A stretch of 64,000 bases of DNA from an uncultured delta proteobacterium (GCA_963815115.1 CAWFFN010000005.1:1088001-1152000); one strand, 5' to 3'; counted from the first letter of the stretch, positions 13,501-22,872 are shown. The notes: generated from the sequence alone by a model not told the origin. A program made the numbers and translations.

Positions 13501-13530
13501 GATCGGGCCTTTGCCGACGCGGCGTCGTGA
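10507..13530 (+). CDS. glnE: Glutamine synthetase adenylyltransferase/deadenylyltransferase
   Basis: Two MGKLGGxELNYxSDxDL nucleotidyltransferase domains; RVDLRLRP and RIDTRLRP; probable GTG start at 10507. Confidence 0.95.
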   Translation: MGLTAEQLAAARVPDPGRVLAAAAACGEWLEAAPPGPILAGLSVTADPAGALHVLRQLLEETRPALTSAEVVALLRLLGGSPALAKALAAEGAGWPAVLRGLLAEERRDAAAHRDALDALGVAGALPRETLQARLRLYRRRELLRVGGRDLLGLATVDDTMRELSALADAVIDAALASTRARLAEEWGGDGQVAFVVLGMGKLGGGELNYSSDVDLVYVYDRDGDHPGGRTLREFCVRIGQEVTRALAEVTADGFCFRVDLRLRPGGGEGPVAVSLAALVSYYEAFGQTWERAAWLKARRVAGDHDLGQAITRELTPFVYRRFLDYGMLEDLNAMKRRVDASLRDPGAHRRNVKLGRGGIRAVEFWVQAHQLIHGGKDLRLRERSTLGALAVLADAGYATREQTATLAAAYRFLRDLEHKLQIVQERQTQIVPDDPEELGMLVRRLGLTGDDAEAEFWRRHETHTGVVDAAFTALFHGPEEERRREERPELTTLMDSLEHEEQALSRLGQLGFRDLEGARRELRLLRDGPSYAPASPRRREALAALAPSLLAEIAASAAPDGALHHVASFITTVGARTSYLHLLLENPGIMRLLVRLFATSEFLSRFFLRHPELLDSLVRADLVRLRRSRDDLARELGARLGSAQDYESELDILRRFRNEEFLRIGVHDIQGELRPADVCSQLSALADVCLAQARGLAWRDVTRRLELPPEPPSEGLSVIAMGKLGGEELNYHSDLDLIFVYDARDADWWREHMAPHEFFTRVAQRTMNVLQTSTREGVAYRIDTRLRPSGNQGPLVSSLDAFEAYHRSSAQLWERQALIRARPLEGPEGLRARLEATITQFVYGRGLDPADVGEMNRMRERIATERAADDGQHLNIKTGRGGLVDVEFVVQMLQLRHGHREPRLRQRGTRAALAALEATGFLPVDDARRLHEGYDFLRALESRLRIERDQPVEALDTDPDSLLGVARRLGYAGPDEAAVAALRADHERHRMAIREAYDRAFADAAS

Positions 13531-13579
13531 CCTACGCGGCTTGCCTTGCCGGCGACCTTCGGGCTAGCTCTGGCGAGCG

Positions 13580-14491
13580 ATGCAGAAGACCGAGCGCATC
13601 TGGCTCGACGGCGAGCTGGTTCCCTGGGAGGCCGCGCAGGTGCACGTGATGACGCACACCTTGCACTACGGCCTCGGTGTGTTCGAGGGGATCCGCTGCT
13701 ACGAGGGTGCCGACGGACGCTCGGCCATCTTCCGGCTCCGAGAGCATCTCGAGCGCCTGTTCGGATCGGCCCACATTCTCGAGCTCGCCATGCCGTACTC
13801 GCGCGAGCAGCTCGCCGATGCCTGTCGCGAGACCGTACGCGCCAACCGCCTGCGCGAGTGCTACCTGCGCCCGATCGCATTCCTCGGCGACGGCGACATG
13901 GGACTCTCGGCGCGGCCGCCGACGCGCGTCGCGATCGCCGCGTGGCCGTGGGGCGCGTACCTCGGCGACGACGGCGTCCGCAACGGCGTGCGGCTCAAGA
14001 CCAGCTCCTTCCAGCGCTTCCATCCCAACACCCTGTTCACCAAGGCGAAGGCCGTTGGACACTACGTGAACTCCATCCTGGCGGCGCAGGAAGCGCGCGG
14101 CGGCGGCTACGACGAGGCGCTCCTGCTCGACGTCGACGGCTACGTGTCGGAGGCGAGCGGCGAGAACATCTTCATCGTGCAGCACGGCGTGGTGAAGACC
14201 ACGCCGCTGCCGACCGTGCTGGGCGGGATCACGCGCGACGCGGCGATACGCCTCCTCACCGACCTCGGCGTCGCGGTTCGCGAGGAGCGCTTCACGCGCG
14301 ACGAGGTCTATCTCGCGGACGAGGCGTTCGTCACCGGCACGGCCGTCGAGATCACGCCCGTGCGCGAGCTGGACGGGCGCCGCATCGGCACGGGACGTCC
14401 CGGTCCGGTGACGGCCCGACTGCAGGAGCTCTTCCTCGCGGTCGTCCACGGCGGGGACGCGCGCTACGCCGACTGGCTGACGCCCGTCTGA
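13580..14491 (+). CDS. ilvE: Branched-chain amino acid aminotransferase
   Basis: LHYGLGVFEGIRCY, EASGENIF, GITR and TGTAVEITP motifs. Confidence 0.95.
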   Translation: MQKTERIWLDGELVPWEAAQVHVMTHTLHYGLGVFEGIRCYEGADGRSAIFRLREHLERLFGSAHILELAMPYSREQLADACRETVRANRLRECYLRPIAFLGDGDMGLSARPPTRVAIAAWPWGAYLGDDGVRNGVRLKTSSFQRFHPNTLFTKAKAVGHYVNSILAAQEARGGGYDEALLLDVDGYVSEASGENIFIVQHGVVKTTPLPTVLGGITRDAAIRLLTDLGVAVREERFTRDEVYLADEAFVTGTAVEITPVRELDGRRIGTGRPGPVTARLQELFLAVVHGGDARYADWLTPV

Positions 14492-14538
14492 CGAACATCG
14501 CTTGCGTCCCGGGGGGGCCTCAGGTAGCTACGCCGGCC

Positions 14539-14995
14539 ATGGGAGACGGGAAGCTTCACCGGGTCGCCTGGGTCACCTGGTTCGCCGCCGTGCCGCTCGC
14601 GCTGGTCGCGTGCGGGGGCGGGCGGCGGCACGAAGGCCACCACGACGACCACCGTCGCTCCGAAGGCGGCCGCGCCCACGGCCGCCCCGTCCGGCGAGAC
14701 CGAGGACGAGGACGAGTACGAGCTCGACGTGATCGCGGAAGCCGAGCCCGACGAGGGCGCCCCGCCCCTCAAGGTGCAGTTCACCGCATCGGTGGAGGAA
14801 GAGGAGGGGGGGCCGTGGACCTACGCGTGGGACTTCGGCGACGGCGCCAAGAGCACCGAGCAGAATCCCGTTCACACCTACGACAAGGTGGGCGAGTACA
14901 CGGCTACCCTGACCGTCACCGATCAGAAGGGCAACAAGGGTAACGACGAGATCGACATCTTCGTCGAGACCGACGAGGGCGACGGCGGCGAGTAG
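14539..14995 (+). pseudogene. PKD-domain lipoprotein, apparently frameshifted
   Basis: Signal peptide with LVAC lipobox is in one frame. Thr/Ala linker plus PKD domain ([21 protein letters not shown]) is in another. One extra G in the G-rich run near 14611-14626. Confidence 0.7.
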
Positions 14996-15013
14996 TCGCG
15001 ACGGCGTGGCCGG

Positions 15014-15927
15014 TCACGGACACGCCGACTCGACCTGTTGTTCGGCCCACTCGAGCTCGCTGAGCGCGGGTGCGAGCGCAGACGCTACCGGGCGGCACCG
15101 GTAGCTGTTTCCCTGCAGGCAGCGCGTGAGGTCCGCGGCACGGGCGTTGGCGACCGCGGCTGCCTGGCGCCAGCGTTCGCGAGCCCGGACGCACGGATCG
15201 ACGCGCTCGAAGAGGCGAGGGGGCTCTTCCTCCTCCGTTCCCTGGGCGCCGCGCGCGGGCGTCGCGGGGGCTGACGGAGACGGGGGCGGTACGACGGTGG
15301 CGGCGGGCGGCGGCGGTGCGGCCGGGGTGCGAGGCGGCGGCGCGATCTTGGCGGCAGGCGGAGGAGGGGAGGAGGCGGTGATGCTTCGGGCGCTGGCGGC
15401 GCGACGCTCGGCGCTGGCGTCGGCGGAGCGGCTGCGGGAGCAGGGGGCGGTGCGGGGGGCGGAGGGAGCGTCGTCGGCGGAGTGGTCGGAGGCGGCGTGG
15501 TGGGTGGCGGCAGGGTCGTCGGCGGCGGTGCCGCGGCGACCGCGGGTGCGCTGGCCACGCCCACGACCTCGATCGCGTCGGGGCTGCGCACGATCATCTC
15601 GGCGCGTCCCGCAAATCGGCGCACGGTGCCAGTGGCCCGGACACGCTTGCCCTCGTAGAGCCGCTGCGGCTGGTGCGGCAGATCGGTGAGCAGCGGGATC
15701 AGGAGGACGACGCGGAACGCGCTCGGATCGTCGGGCGCGAAGTCGAGCACGCAGGTCGCAGCCTCGAGGTGCGCCTGGACGACGTCACCCTCGACCGTCA
15801 CCACGTCCCCGACGTACGCGGATGCCGCCCGCCACGGGACGACGTCGGTGGCACATACCACGGCACTCGTGGCGGCGAGCCACGCAGCACAGACGACCAC
15901 CAGCCAATCCGGAACCCGGGGACGCAT
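15014..15927 (-). pseudogene. Secreted OB-fold-like protein with Pro-rich linker and Cys-containing C-terminus, apparently frameshifted
   Basis: Signal peptide plus YVGDVVTVEG...YEGKRVRATGTV domain. After about 15368 a protein-like continuation (DPCVRARERWRQ...CLQGNSYRC...ESACP*) is in a shifted frame ending at 15014. Confidence 0.6.
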
Positions 15928-15993
15928 GGCCGCACTGCCTTAGCGGGCGTGGACGCGCGGCTGCAAGCGCGAAGCGCCCGGGCGCGCGGCCAG

Positions 15994-16294
15994 GAGAGCG
16001 CCCCGAGACTCCGTCTCGGGTCGGGACGGAGAGCCGAGCCGAGCTCGAGACGGGATGAACAGTGCGGCTGTCGTGCCGCGGCCGGCAAAGCCGGCGCGGC
16101 AGACGTTCCGGAGCCTGGCCCTGCGGCCGAGACGGCCGATTGCGGGGGGCGCAGGACAGGTTGGGCCAGAGCCTCGGGCGAGCCAAGTTTTGCCGCGCCG
16201 GCTTTGCCGGCCGCGGCATGGCGTCCGCGCGATTCATCGAACGCCACACACTCGCCTTCTCTTTCGACCCGAGACGAAGTCTCGGGTCGTCCTC
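15994..16294. mobile_element. MITE-like repeat, copy 2
   Basis: Terminal IRs gagagcgccccgagactccg and cgaagtctcgggtcgtcctc, flanked by CCAG and CTAG; internal perfect 28-bp IR at 16074-16101/16191-16218. Confidence 0.75.
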
Positions 16295-16564
16295 CTAGCC
16301 CCGCGATCCCGGTGCTCGCTCGCGCGCCTCGCTCACCGTGAGCGGCCGTCCGCCGAACGATTTCCCGTTCAGCGCGCCGACGGCAGCTTCGGCTTGGTCG
16401 TCCGTTGACATCTCCACGAAGGCAAAGCCACGCGGCCGGCCTGTCTCGCGGTCAATGACGATCTTGACCTCGTGGACCTGGCCGCCTCCCTCTTCGAAGA
16501 GGGCGCGGAGCTGTGCCTCGGTGGTCTGGTAGGGAATGTTTCCGACGTATAGTCGCTTGCCCAT
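16295..16564 (-). CDS. RRM (RNP-1) RNA-binding protein
   Basis: LYVGNI (RNP2) and RGFAFVEM (RNP1) motifs. Confidence 0.93.
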   Translation of the reverse strand: MGKRLYVGNIPYQTTEAQLRALFEEGGGQVHEVKIVIDRETGRPRGFAFVEMSTDDQAEAAVGALNGKSFGGRPLTVSEARERAPGSRG

Positions 16565-16680
16565 TCTCGCTCCCGCTCAGCCTCGCGTAGTGCGTGGCCG
16601 CCCGATCTCCCGTGGCCGCCTTCTAGCATGCCATTGGAGCGGCGGTCTAGGCTTTCCTTCAAGCACTGCGACACAACGGC

Positions 16681-17508
16681 TCAGGGATCGCGAGCGCCGG
16701 GGGACGCCGCGTTTCCGGCTTCGGCGGCGCGCCGACCCGCTCGGCGCCAGGCGACTCCCAGGAGCATGAGGGCCAGGCCGAGAGCGGCCGCGCCGACGAG
16801 GAGCGGCGAAGCGGCAGCGCGTCCGGTGTCGACCGTCACGACGGCCGAGGCCACGCTCAGGTGCCGGCGGCCGTCCACGACGTAGTCGAAGAGCGCGAAC
16901 ATTCGAGCGCTGCTGCCGGGCACCGCGCCGTCGTTCTGCACCACGAGCGGCACCTCGCTCCGGCCCTGCGCCGGCACGGCGGCGGGCTGGCTCTCCGGCT
17001 CGATCGTGAGCCCGCCAGGTAGCGCGACGATCACGCGCCCGTGGACGGGCGCTGGCGTCGGGTTCTCGAGCGCCAGGGCGGCGCGTCCGAAGCGGGTCAC
17101 GGGTGAGACCGTGAGGGTCGCGTGCACCTCGGGGACGGGCAGCAGGCCAGGGGTCTCGACTGCCGTGACGGCGGGGATCGACGTGCGGTGCCCCGTCCGA
17201 TCCGTGTACGTCACGCGGAACATGGCCGCCACGGCGCCTGGCTCCGCTGGCGGGGGCAGGTCGAAGGTCCAGGTGTGACGCGCCCCGGGCGGCAGCGCGG
17301 CGAGCGCTGCGCCGCGCTGGTCGCGCCCCTGGTAGACGACCTCGGCCGTCACGTCGTCGAGGGGAGCGTCGCCACCGTTCGCCGCTTCGAGTCGCAGCGC
17401 GGTACGGTCGGTCACGGCGGCCGTCGCCGTCGTCTCCACCGTCGCGGCGGCCCGCGCCGTCGCCGCCAGCGCCATCATCAGCGACACGAGCCAGGACCGC
17501 GGAGACAC
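16681..17508 (-). CDS. Hypothetical exported protein with C-terminal transmembrane anchor
   Basis: Signal peptide, two beta-rich Ig-like segments, C-terminal hydrophobic helix followed by WRRAGRR. Confidence 0.65.
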   Translation of the reverse strand: MSPRSWLVSLMMALAATARAAATVETTATAAVTDRTALRLEAANGGDAPLDDVTAEVVYQGRDQRGAALAALPPGARHTWTFDLPPPAEPGAVAAMFRVTYTDRTGHRTSIPAVTAVETPGLLPVPEVHATLTVSPVTRFGRAALALENPTPAPVHGRVIVALPGGLTIEPESQPAAVPAQGRSEVPLVVQNDGAVPGSSARMFALFDYVVDGRRHLSVASAVVTVDTGRAAASPLLVGAAALGLALMLLGVAWRRAGRRAAEAGNAASPGARDP

Positions 17509-17611
17509 CCGGCGCAGCTAGCAGAGGCCGGCGAGGCGCAGCAACCGCGACGCTTGAGACGCGCCGCGAACCTGGGCTAAGGGTGACGCCGTCATCAGAG
17601 GAGGACGTCCC

Positions 17612-18094
17612 GTGGAAGACATCCGGTTCGACGACATCGCGACCCTCAAGTCCAAGATCAGCGACACCTTCGGGGACTGGAGCGATCCCCTCGAGGTGAC
17701 GCAGGACATGATCAACCGCTTCGCCGAGCTGACCGGGGACCATCAGTGGATCCACGTCGACGTCGAGCGGGCCAAGCGCGAGAGTCCCTTCGGTGGAACC
17801 ATCGCGCACGGCTTTCTCACCCTGAGCCTTCTCCCCGCGATGCGCAGCAAGGCCGCCTGGAAGGTGGTCGGCTACGGCAACGCCACCAACTACGGCGCCA
17901 ACAAGCTGCGCTTCGTCTCGCCGGTGCCGGCAGGCGCCAAGGTGCACTCGCACGGGCGGTTGATCGGAGTCGAGGCCCATCCCAAGGGGACGCAGATGAC
18001 GCAGGAGATCGTGGTCCACGTCGTCGGCAGCGATCGGCCCGCGCTCCTCTACGAGATGGTCGTGCTCTACCACCCGGCGGTGAAGCGAGGCTGA
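17612..18094 (+). CDS. MaoC family dehydratase
   Basis: TGDHQWIHVD, IAHGFLTLSL and NYGANKLRF motifs; RBS GAGGAGG. Confidence 0.92.
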   Translation: MEDIRFDDIATLKSKISDTFGDWSDPLEVTQDMINRFAELTGDHQWIHVDVERAKRESPFGGTIAHGFLTLSLLPAMRSKAAWKVVGYGNATNYGANKLRFVSPVPAGAKVHSHGRLIGVEAHPKGTQMTQEIVVHVVGSDRPALLYEMVVLYHPAVKRG

Positions 18095-19297
18095 GTGGTC
18101 CTTCCGATCGGAGACGCGCCGAACCCGAGGGGCGTTCCGGTCGTCACGTATCTCCTGATCGCGGCGAACGTCGCGGTCTACCTGCTCGTCACCTTGCCGC
18201 TGGGTGAGCGGCGTCCAGCGGCGAACGATCCCGCGCTGCACGAGTACGTCCGCGTCATGTCGCACGCGGTGGCCAACCGCGCGCAGCTCCAGCAGGTCCT
18301 CACCAGCGTGTCGGCGTACGACCTGGTCGTGTTCCGCTGGGGCTTCCGTCCTGCGGCGCCGTCGGCCGCGGACCTGTTCACCTGCATGTTCCTCCACGCC
18401 GGCTTCCTCCACCTGTTCGGCAACATGCTCTTCCTCTGGATCTACGGCGACAACGTGGAGCACCGCCTGGGCCCGGTCCGCTACCTGTGCTGGTATCTGG
18501 GCACGGGGATCGCCGCGACGCTCTTCCACATGCTCGGCGCCTCCGGCTCCGAGATCCCGCTCGTCGGCGCGTCGGGTGCCATCTCGGGAATCCTGGGCTT
18601 CTACTTCGTGTGGTTCCCGCGCAACCGGGTGCGCCTGCTCTGGCTACTCCCGCCGTTCCTGATGCAGGTCTTCGAGGTCCCGGCGCGCATCGTGCTCGGC
18701 ATCTACCTCGTGCTCGACAACCTGCTCCCCTACCTGATCGTGAGCAGCGATGCGGGCGTGGCGCACGGGGCGCACATCGGCGGCTTCCTTGCCGGGCTGG
18801 CCGCCGCCTGGGTGATGGACCGGCGCGAGGTCACGGTGCGTCCCGGAGAGTTCGCCGACGCGCTGGAGGTCTCGCTGCGCGAGGAGCCCCAGTGGCGCGC
18901 CCGAATCGCCGGCGCCATCGACCAGGGACGCATGGAGGAAGCGGCGGTGGAATACTTCGAGGTGCCGGCCCACGCCAGCCGCGGACTTCTCACGCCCGAG
19001 CGCTCGATGGCACTGGCGCGCTGGCTGCAGGAACACCGGCACCTCGAAGCCGCGCTGGCCGTGGCCCGGCGGCACATGCGCGATTTCCCGAACGGCCCGG
19101 GTCTCGCGGAGGCACATCTGCTCGCCGGCCAGGTCCTGCTCGAGTCCCAGCAGCCGACGCCCGCGTACCAGCACTTCCTGGCCGTGCTCGACGCCGGCTC
19201 CGACGGAGCGATGGCGGCGGCGGCGCGCGCCGGTATCGCGTCGGTCGAGCGCTTGCAGAAGCGGCAGATCGGACACCCCCACGTCCGGCGGGCGTGA
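18095..19297 (+). CDS. Rhomboid family intramembrane serine protease with C-terminal TPR-like region
   Basis: HLFGNMLFLW, GASGAISG and AHIGG motifs. Confidence 0.9.
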   Translation: MVLPIGDAPNPRGVPVVTYLLIAANVAVYLLVTLPLGERRPAANDPALHEYVRVMSHAVANRAQLQQVLTSVSAYDLVVFRWGFRPAAPSAADLFTCMFLHAGFLHLFGNMLFLWIYGDNVEHRLGPVRYLCWYLGTGIAATLFHMLGASGSEIPLVGASGAISGILGFYFVWFPRNRVRLLWLLPPFLMQVFEVPARIVLGIYLVLDNLLPYLIVSSDAGVAHGAHIGGFLAGLAAAWVMDRREVTVRPGEFADALEVSLREEPQWRARIAGAIDQGRMEEAAVEYFEVPAHASRGLLTPERSMALARWLQEHRHLEAALAVARRHMRDFPNGPGLAEAHLLAGQVLLESQQPTPAYQHFLAVLDAGSDGAMAAAARAGIASVERLQKRQIGHPHVRRA

Positions 19298-19393
19298 CGG
19301 CTGACGCGTCCGGGCAGCTTGACACGCAGCGGGGAAAGATTGATGTACGCGCGCCCCGCGGCGAGGATGCCGGGGTCGCAAAGGGAGGGGGTC

Positions 19394-20005
19394 ATGATGG
19401 GACTTCGGACGGTTGCAATCGGCCTGGCCGGCGGGCTCGCGCTCGCCGCGTGCGCGCATCGACCGCCGCCGATGCCGCCTCCGCCTACGGCCGTCCGGAC
19501 GGTCGAGAAGGTGCCGGGCGGCGTCGAGGTGAACCAGGTCCTGACGGTCACGGCCGTCGTCAGGCGGGTCGATCCGCGGCGCCGCATGGTGGCGCTGGTC
19601 GGACCCGACGGGCAGGTGACGACCCTCCGGGTCGGTCCGGGCGTACGGAACCTGGACCGGGTACGGAGAAACGATCACGTGGTCGTGTCCTACACGGAGT
19701 CGGTTGCGCTGCGCCTGAAGAAGCCGGGCGGGCCCCCGGAGGCGACGGTGACGGAGGAGGTCGCCACCGCCGAGCCGGGCCAGAGGCCCGCCGCAGAGGT
19801 TGGGGACGTGGTCACCGCCACCGCCAAGATCGTCGGCATCGACCGCGCAGGGCAGACGGCGACGCTCGTGGGCCCGCGTGGCAGGCGGCTCACCGTCAAG
19901 GTGAGGGACCCCGCGCTGCTCGACAGGGTGAAGGTCGGCGATCGCGTCCAGGCGACGTATCGCGAGGCGCTCGCCGTCTCCGTCGAGCCGGCGCCGACGC
20001 AGTAG
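19394..20005 (+). CDS. Hypothetical lipoprotein with two tandem beta-barrel repeats
   Basis: LAAC lipobox; duplicated VD...LVGPxG...LDRVxxxDxV...Y.E unit; RBS GGAGG. Confidence 0.75.
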   Translation: MMGLRTVAIGLAGGLALAACAHRPPPMPPPPTAVRTVEKVPGGVEVNQVLTVTAVVRRVDPRRRMVALVGPDGQVTTLRVGPGVRNLDRVRRNDHVVVSYTESVALRLKKPGGPPEATVTEEVATAEPGQRPAAEVGDVVTATAKIVGIDRAGQTATLVGPRGRRLTVKVRDPALLDRVKVGDRVQATYREALAVSVEPAPTQ

Positions 20006-20173
20006 CCGTCCTCGCCCGCCGGACGCTTGAACACCCCCCCGACGGCGGATACACCGCGGGTGACACGGCGAAAGTGGTCGGCCCGCGGGCGGCCGCGCCC
20101 GGAGCCGGGAGATCGGACCCAGGTCCGCGATATCCGGTAGGGACCCTGTCGGGTCCCGGAAGGGGGAGCCGTC

Positions 20174-20656
20174 ATGATGCGTGGCATGCGAGGGATGGCG
20201 CTCGTCGGGGCGCTGGTGGGGACCGTGGCGCTCGTCGGATCCGGTTGCAGCCGGGACGAAGCCAAGGGACCGGCCGAGACGCTCGGCAAGAAGGTCGACG
20301 AGGCCGGTCATGCGACCAAGGAAGCGGCGGCGGATGCGGCCAGGGCTACGGGTGACGCTGCTGCGACGGCCGCGGGGGCGGCCAAGGACGCCGCCAAGGC
20401 GACGGCGGACGCGGCAAAGGATGCCGCCGCCGGTGCGGCGAACATCGCCAAGGACGCCGCCGCCACGGCCAAGGACGCTGCCGCCGACGCGGCCGGCGCA
20501 GCCAAGGGTGCTGCGGCGGATGCGAAGGACGCGGCCAGAGCGACCGGCGATGCAGCCCGCGACGCGGCGGCCGGCGCGGCCGACAAGGCTGCCGATGCGG
20601 CGCACGGAGCCGCCAAGACCATGCACGACGCCGCCGACGCGGCGCGGGACAAGTAA
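20174..20656 (+). CDS. LEA-like Ala/Asp/Lys repeat lipoprotein
   Basis: GSGC lipobox followed by 11-residue repeats such as AKDAAADAAGA. Confidence 0.75.
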   Translation: MMRGMRGMALVGALVGTVALVGSGCSRDEAKGPAETLGKKVDEAGHATKEAAADAARATGDAAATAAGAAKDAAKATADAAKDAAAGAANIAKDAAATAKDAAADAAGAAKGAAADAKDAARATGDAARDAAAGAADKAADAAHGAAKTMHDAADAARDK

Positions 20657-20663
20657 GGCGACG

Positions 20664-21581
20664 TCAGCGAGCGGAGTCCCGTGTCGGACCGGGACTCCGC
20701 GGCGCCTCCTCGCCACGCGGGGTGAAGCCGCGCGCCCGTTCCTCGGCGGCTGCGAGGTTGCCGAGGCCGACGGTGGAACCTGCCGATCCGAGGAGCACCT
20801 CGAGCGGGTCGCGCAGGTCGTCGACGTAGCCGAGAGCGTACGCGCCGCGGGCGTACCCCATCAGCCTGAGTAGCGGCTCCGGCAGCGTCCGCGCGATCTC
20901 GACGGGCACCGAGAGGTACTGGTTCTCCTCCTGGCGCAGCCAGCTCACCGCATAGGTGATGTTGAGACCGAATCGGGTGCCGTCGCTGCGATTGGCGCCG
21001 GCGCCGTGATAGAGCGAGCCGGTGTAGAACAGCACCGATCCCGCCGGCATCTCGGCCGGCACGGTGTCGTGCTCCCGGAACTCGCGCCGGTCCTCGAGGC
21101 GGTGGCTTCCCGGAACGAGGCGCGTGGCACCGTTCGCCTCGGTGAAATCCGTCATCGCCCAGATGGTGTTGCACTGCACCTCGTACCCCGAGGGGAAGGG
21201 GAAGAAGTCGAAGGCCCACTGGTCGCGGTGGACGAGCTGAGCGGGCTCGCCCGGGCCGATGGCGATCACCTGGGTCAGGTGAAGCTGGAAGCTGGTCGCA
21301 TGCGCCAGCAGGCCGCCCACCGCGTCGATCACGAGGGGATGCATGACGATGTCGCGGCAGGTGGCCGAGCGCGCCACGAGCCCGCCGGTGCGCCGGGTCC
21401 GGCGCCCGGCGAAGTCGTCGGGTCCCACGGGGGTGGCGTCGAGGTAGGATTTCAGCTCGGCACGAGCCTGATCGAGGAGCGCCGGGGGCACGACGCTTTC
21501 CACGATGGCGCAGCCCTGCTGGGCGAGCGCGTCCGCGACATCGCGACCGGCGGCAGCTGCCGAGAGGCGGGGAATCGACAT
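20664..21581 (-). CDS. Phytanoyl-CoA dioxygenase (PhyH) family Fe(II)/2OG oxygenase
   Basis: HRDQ, WAMTDFTEANGAT, YHGAGAN and WLRQEEN motifs. Confidence 0.9.
   Translation of the reverse strand: MSIPRLSAAAAGRDVADALAQQGCAIVESVVPPALLDQARAELKSYLDATPVGPDDFAGRRTRRTGGLVARSATCRDIVMHPLVIDAVGGLLAHATSFQLHLTQVIAIGPGEPAQLVHRDQWAFDFFPFPSGYEVQCNTIWAMTDFTEANGATRLVPGSHRLEDRREFREHDTVPAEMPAGSVLFYTGSLYHGAGANRSDGTRFGLNITYAVSWLRQEENQYLSVPVEIARTLPEPLLRLMGYARGAYALGYVDDLRDPLEVLLGSAGSTVGLGNLAAAEERARGFTPRGEEAPRSPGPTRDSAR
20671..20700. terminator. Hairpin between convergent genes
   Basis: gcggagtcccg-N8-cgggactccgc stem; no U-tract. Confidence 0.45.
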
Positions 21582-21783
21582 GCGGCCGGGCTACTGCGCC
21601 CGGGTGGCGTGCGTCAAGACGCCGCGCTCGCGCAGGGCGCTCGATTGCTCGAGGAGCGCCGCGATCTTGCAATCCCCGTCGGCCTGGGTGATGGTCGAGA
21701 GTCGTCGACGCATGAGATTCCTTTCCGCCTTGAGGAGAAATCCGCGAGACGCGGACCGTGCGCCCGCAGCCGCTTCGCCCTCG

Positions 21784-22851
21784 ATGGCGGCGGATCTGCG
21801 CGAGGAGGTCCTGGAGCACGGGCTCGATGCCGCCCGGGCGCTCGCCCTGGGCGATGCGCTCGAGGCCGAGGGTCACCTCCTCGATGCGCTCGAGGTGCTC
21901 GTGCAGGCAAACCGCCTGCGGCCCGACGACGCGGTCGAGCAGCGCCTCGTGCGCCTGCGGGGCGCGGCGTTTGGACAACTCGACCACTCGCTCTCGCCGC
22001 GGGCGTGGCCTCCGGTCGTACCCGAGGATACCGCGGGCGGTCCGGAAGGACCGCCGGTCGTGACGCCCGCCGGGCTCACCCCTGGGCTGCTGCTGAACGG
22101 CATCCTCCGACACGGGTCGGTCTGGGTGCGGGGCCTCGTGCCGCGCGCACGGGTGGCGCGGTTGCGCAGCGCCATCGACCGGTCCTTCGAGGCCTACGAC
22201 GCCACCGACGCCGGCCGGGCGACGGCGGGGATGGCACGCTGGCACTCCCCGCTGGACGGCATCCAGAACCCGGCCATCGCGCGCGCCTGGAGGCGACAAG
22301 GGAACGGCGTCCTCACCGCCGATTCGCCGCGCGCGTTCTTCGAGTTCATGGAGACGGTACACGAGCTCGGTCTCGATCGCCTGATCGCCGCCTATCTGGG
22401 AGAGCGTCCCGTGCTGTCGGCGGAGAAGTGCACGCTGTTCCGTGTCGATGCGCGCGACTGGCGTGTCCGCCTGGCGAACTGGCACCAGGATGGTGCCTTC
22501 CTCGGAGGCGGCATCCGCACGGTCAACGTGTGGTTCGCGCTGTCGCGCTGCGGTCGCGATGCGCCGGGCATGGAAGTGATCCCGCTCCGCCTCGATCGTG
22601 TGCTGCCGGTCGGGGAGGGTGCCAGCCACTACGGGTGGACGGTCTCGCCCGAGACGGTCGCTCGCGAGCTGCCAGGCGTGCCGATCTGGCGGCCCGAGTT
22701 CGAGGAGGGCGACGTGCTCCTCTTCGATCACCTCACCTTGCATCGCACCGCGGCCGACGAGGGGATGCCGAACGTCCGCTACGCGATCGAGAGCTGGTTC
22801 TTCGCTCCCTCGGTCTATCCCCACGAGCTGTCGACTCCCCTCGTCGTGTGA
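21784..22851 (+). CDS. PhyH-like Fe(II)/2OG dioxygenase with N-terminal helical region
   Basis: WHQDG, GDVLLFDHLTLHRT and RYAIESWFF motifs. Confidence 0.75.
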   Translation: MAADLREEVLEHGLDAARALALGDALEAEGHLLDALEVLVQANRLRPDDAVEQRLVRLRGAAFGQLDHSLSPRAWPPVVPEDTAGGPEGPPVVTPAGLTPGLLLNGILRHGSVWVRGLVPRARVARLRSAIDRSFEAYDATDAGRATAGMARWHSPLDGIQNPAIARAWRRQGNGVLTADSPRAFFEFMETVHELGLDRLIAAYLGERPVLSAEKCTLFRVDARDWRVRLANWHQDGAFLGGGIRTVNVWFALSRCGRDAPGMEVIPLRLDRVLPVGEGASHYGWTVSPETVARELPGVPIWRPEFEEGDVLLFDHLTLHRTAADEGMPNVRYAIESWFFAPSVYPHELSTPLVV

Positions 22852-22872
22852 GTCAGGGGTCCGCAGGCATAC

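Noticed and set aside
20300-20650. Periodic DNA repeats as a possible CRISPR array
   Set aside because: Degenerate coding repeats with no spacers; no cas genes in the window
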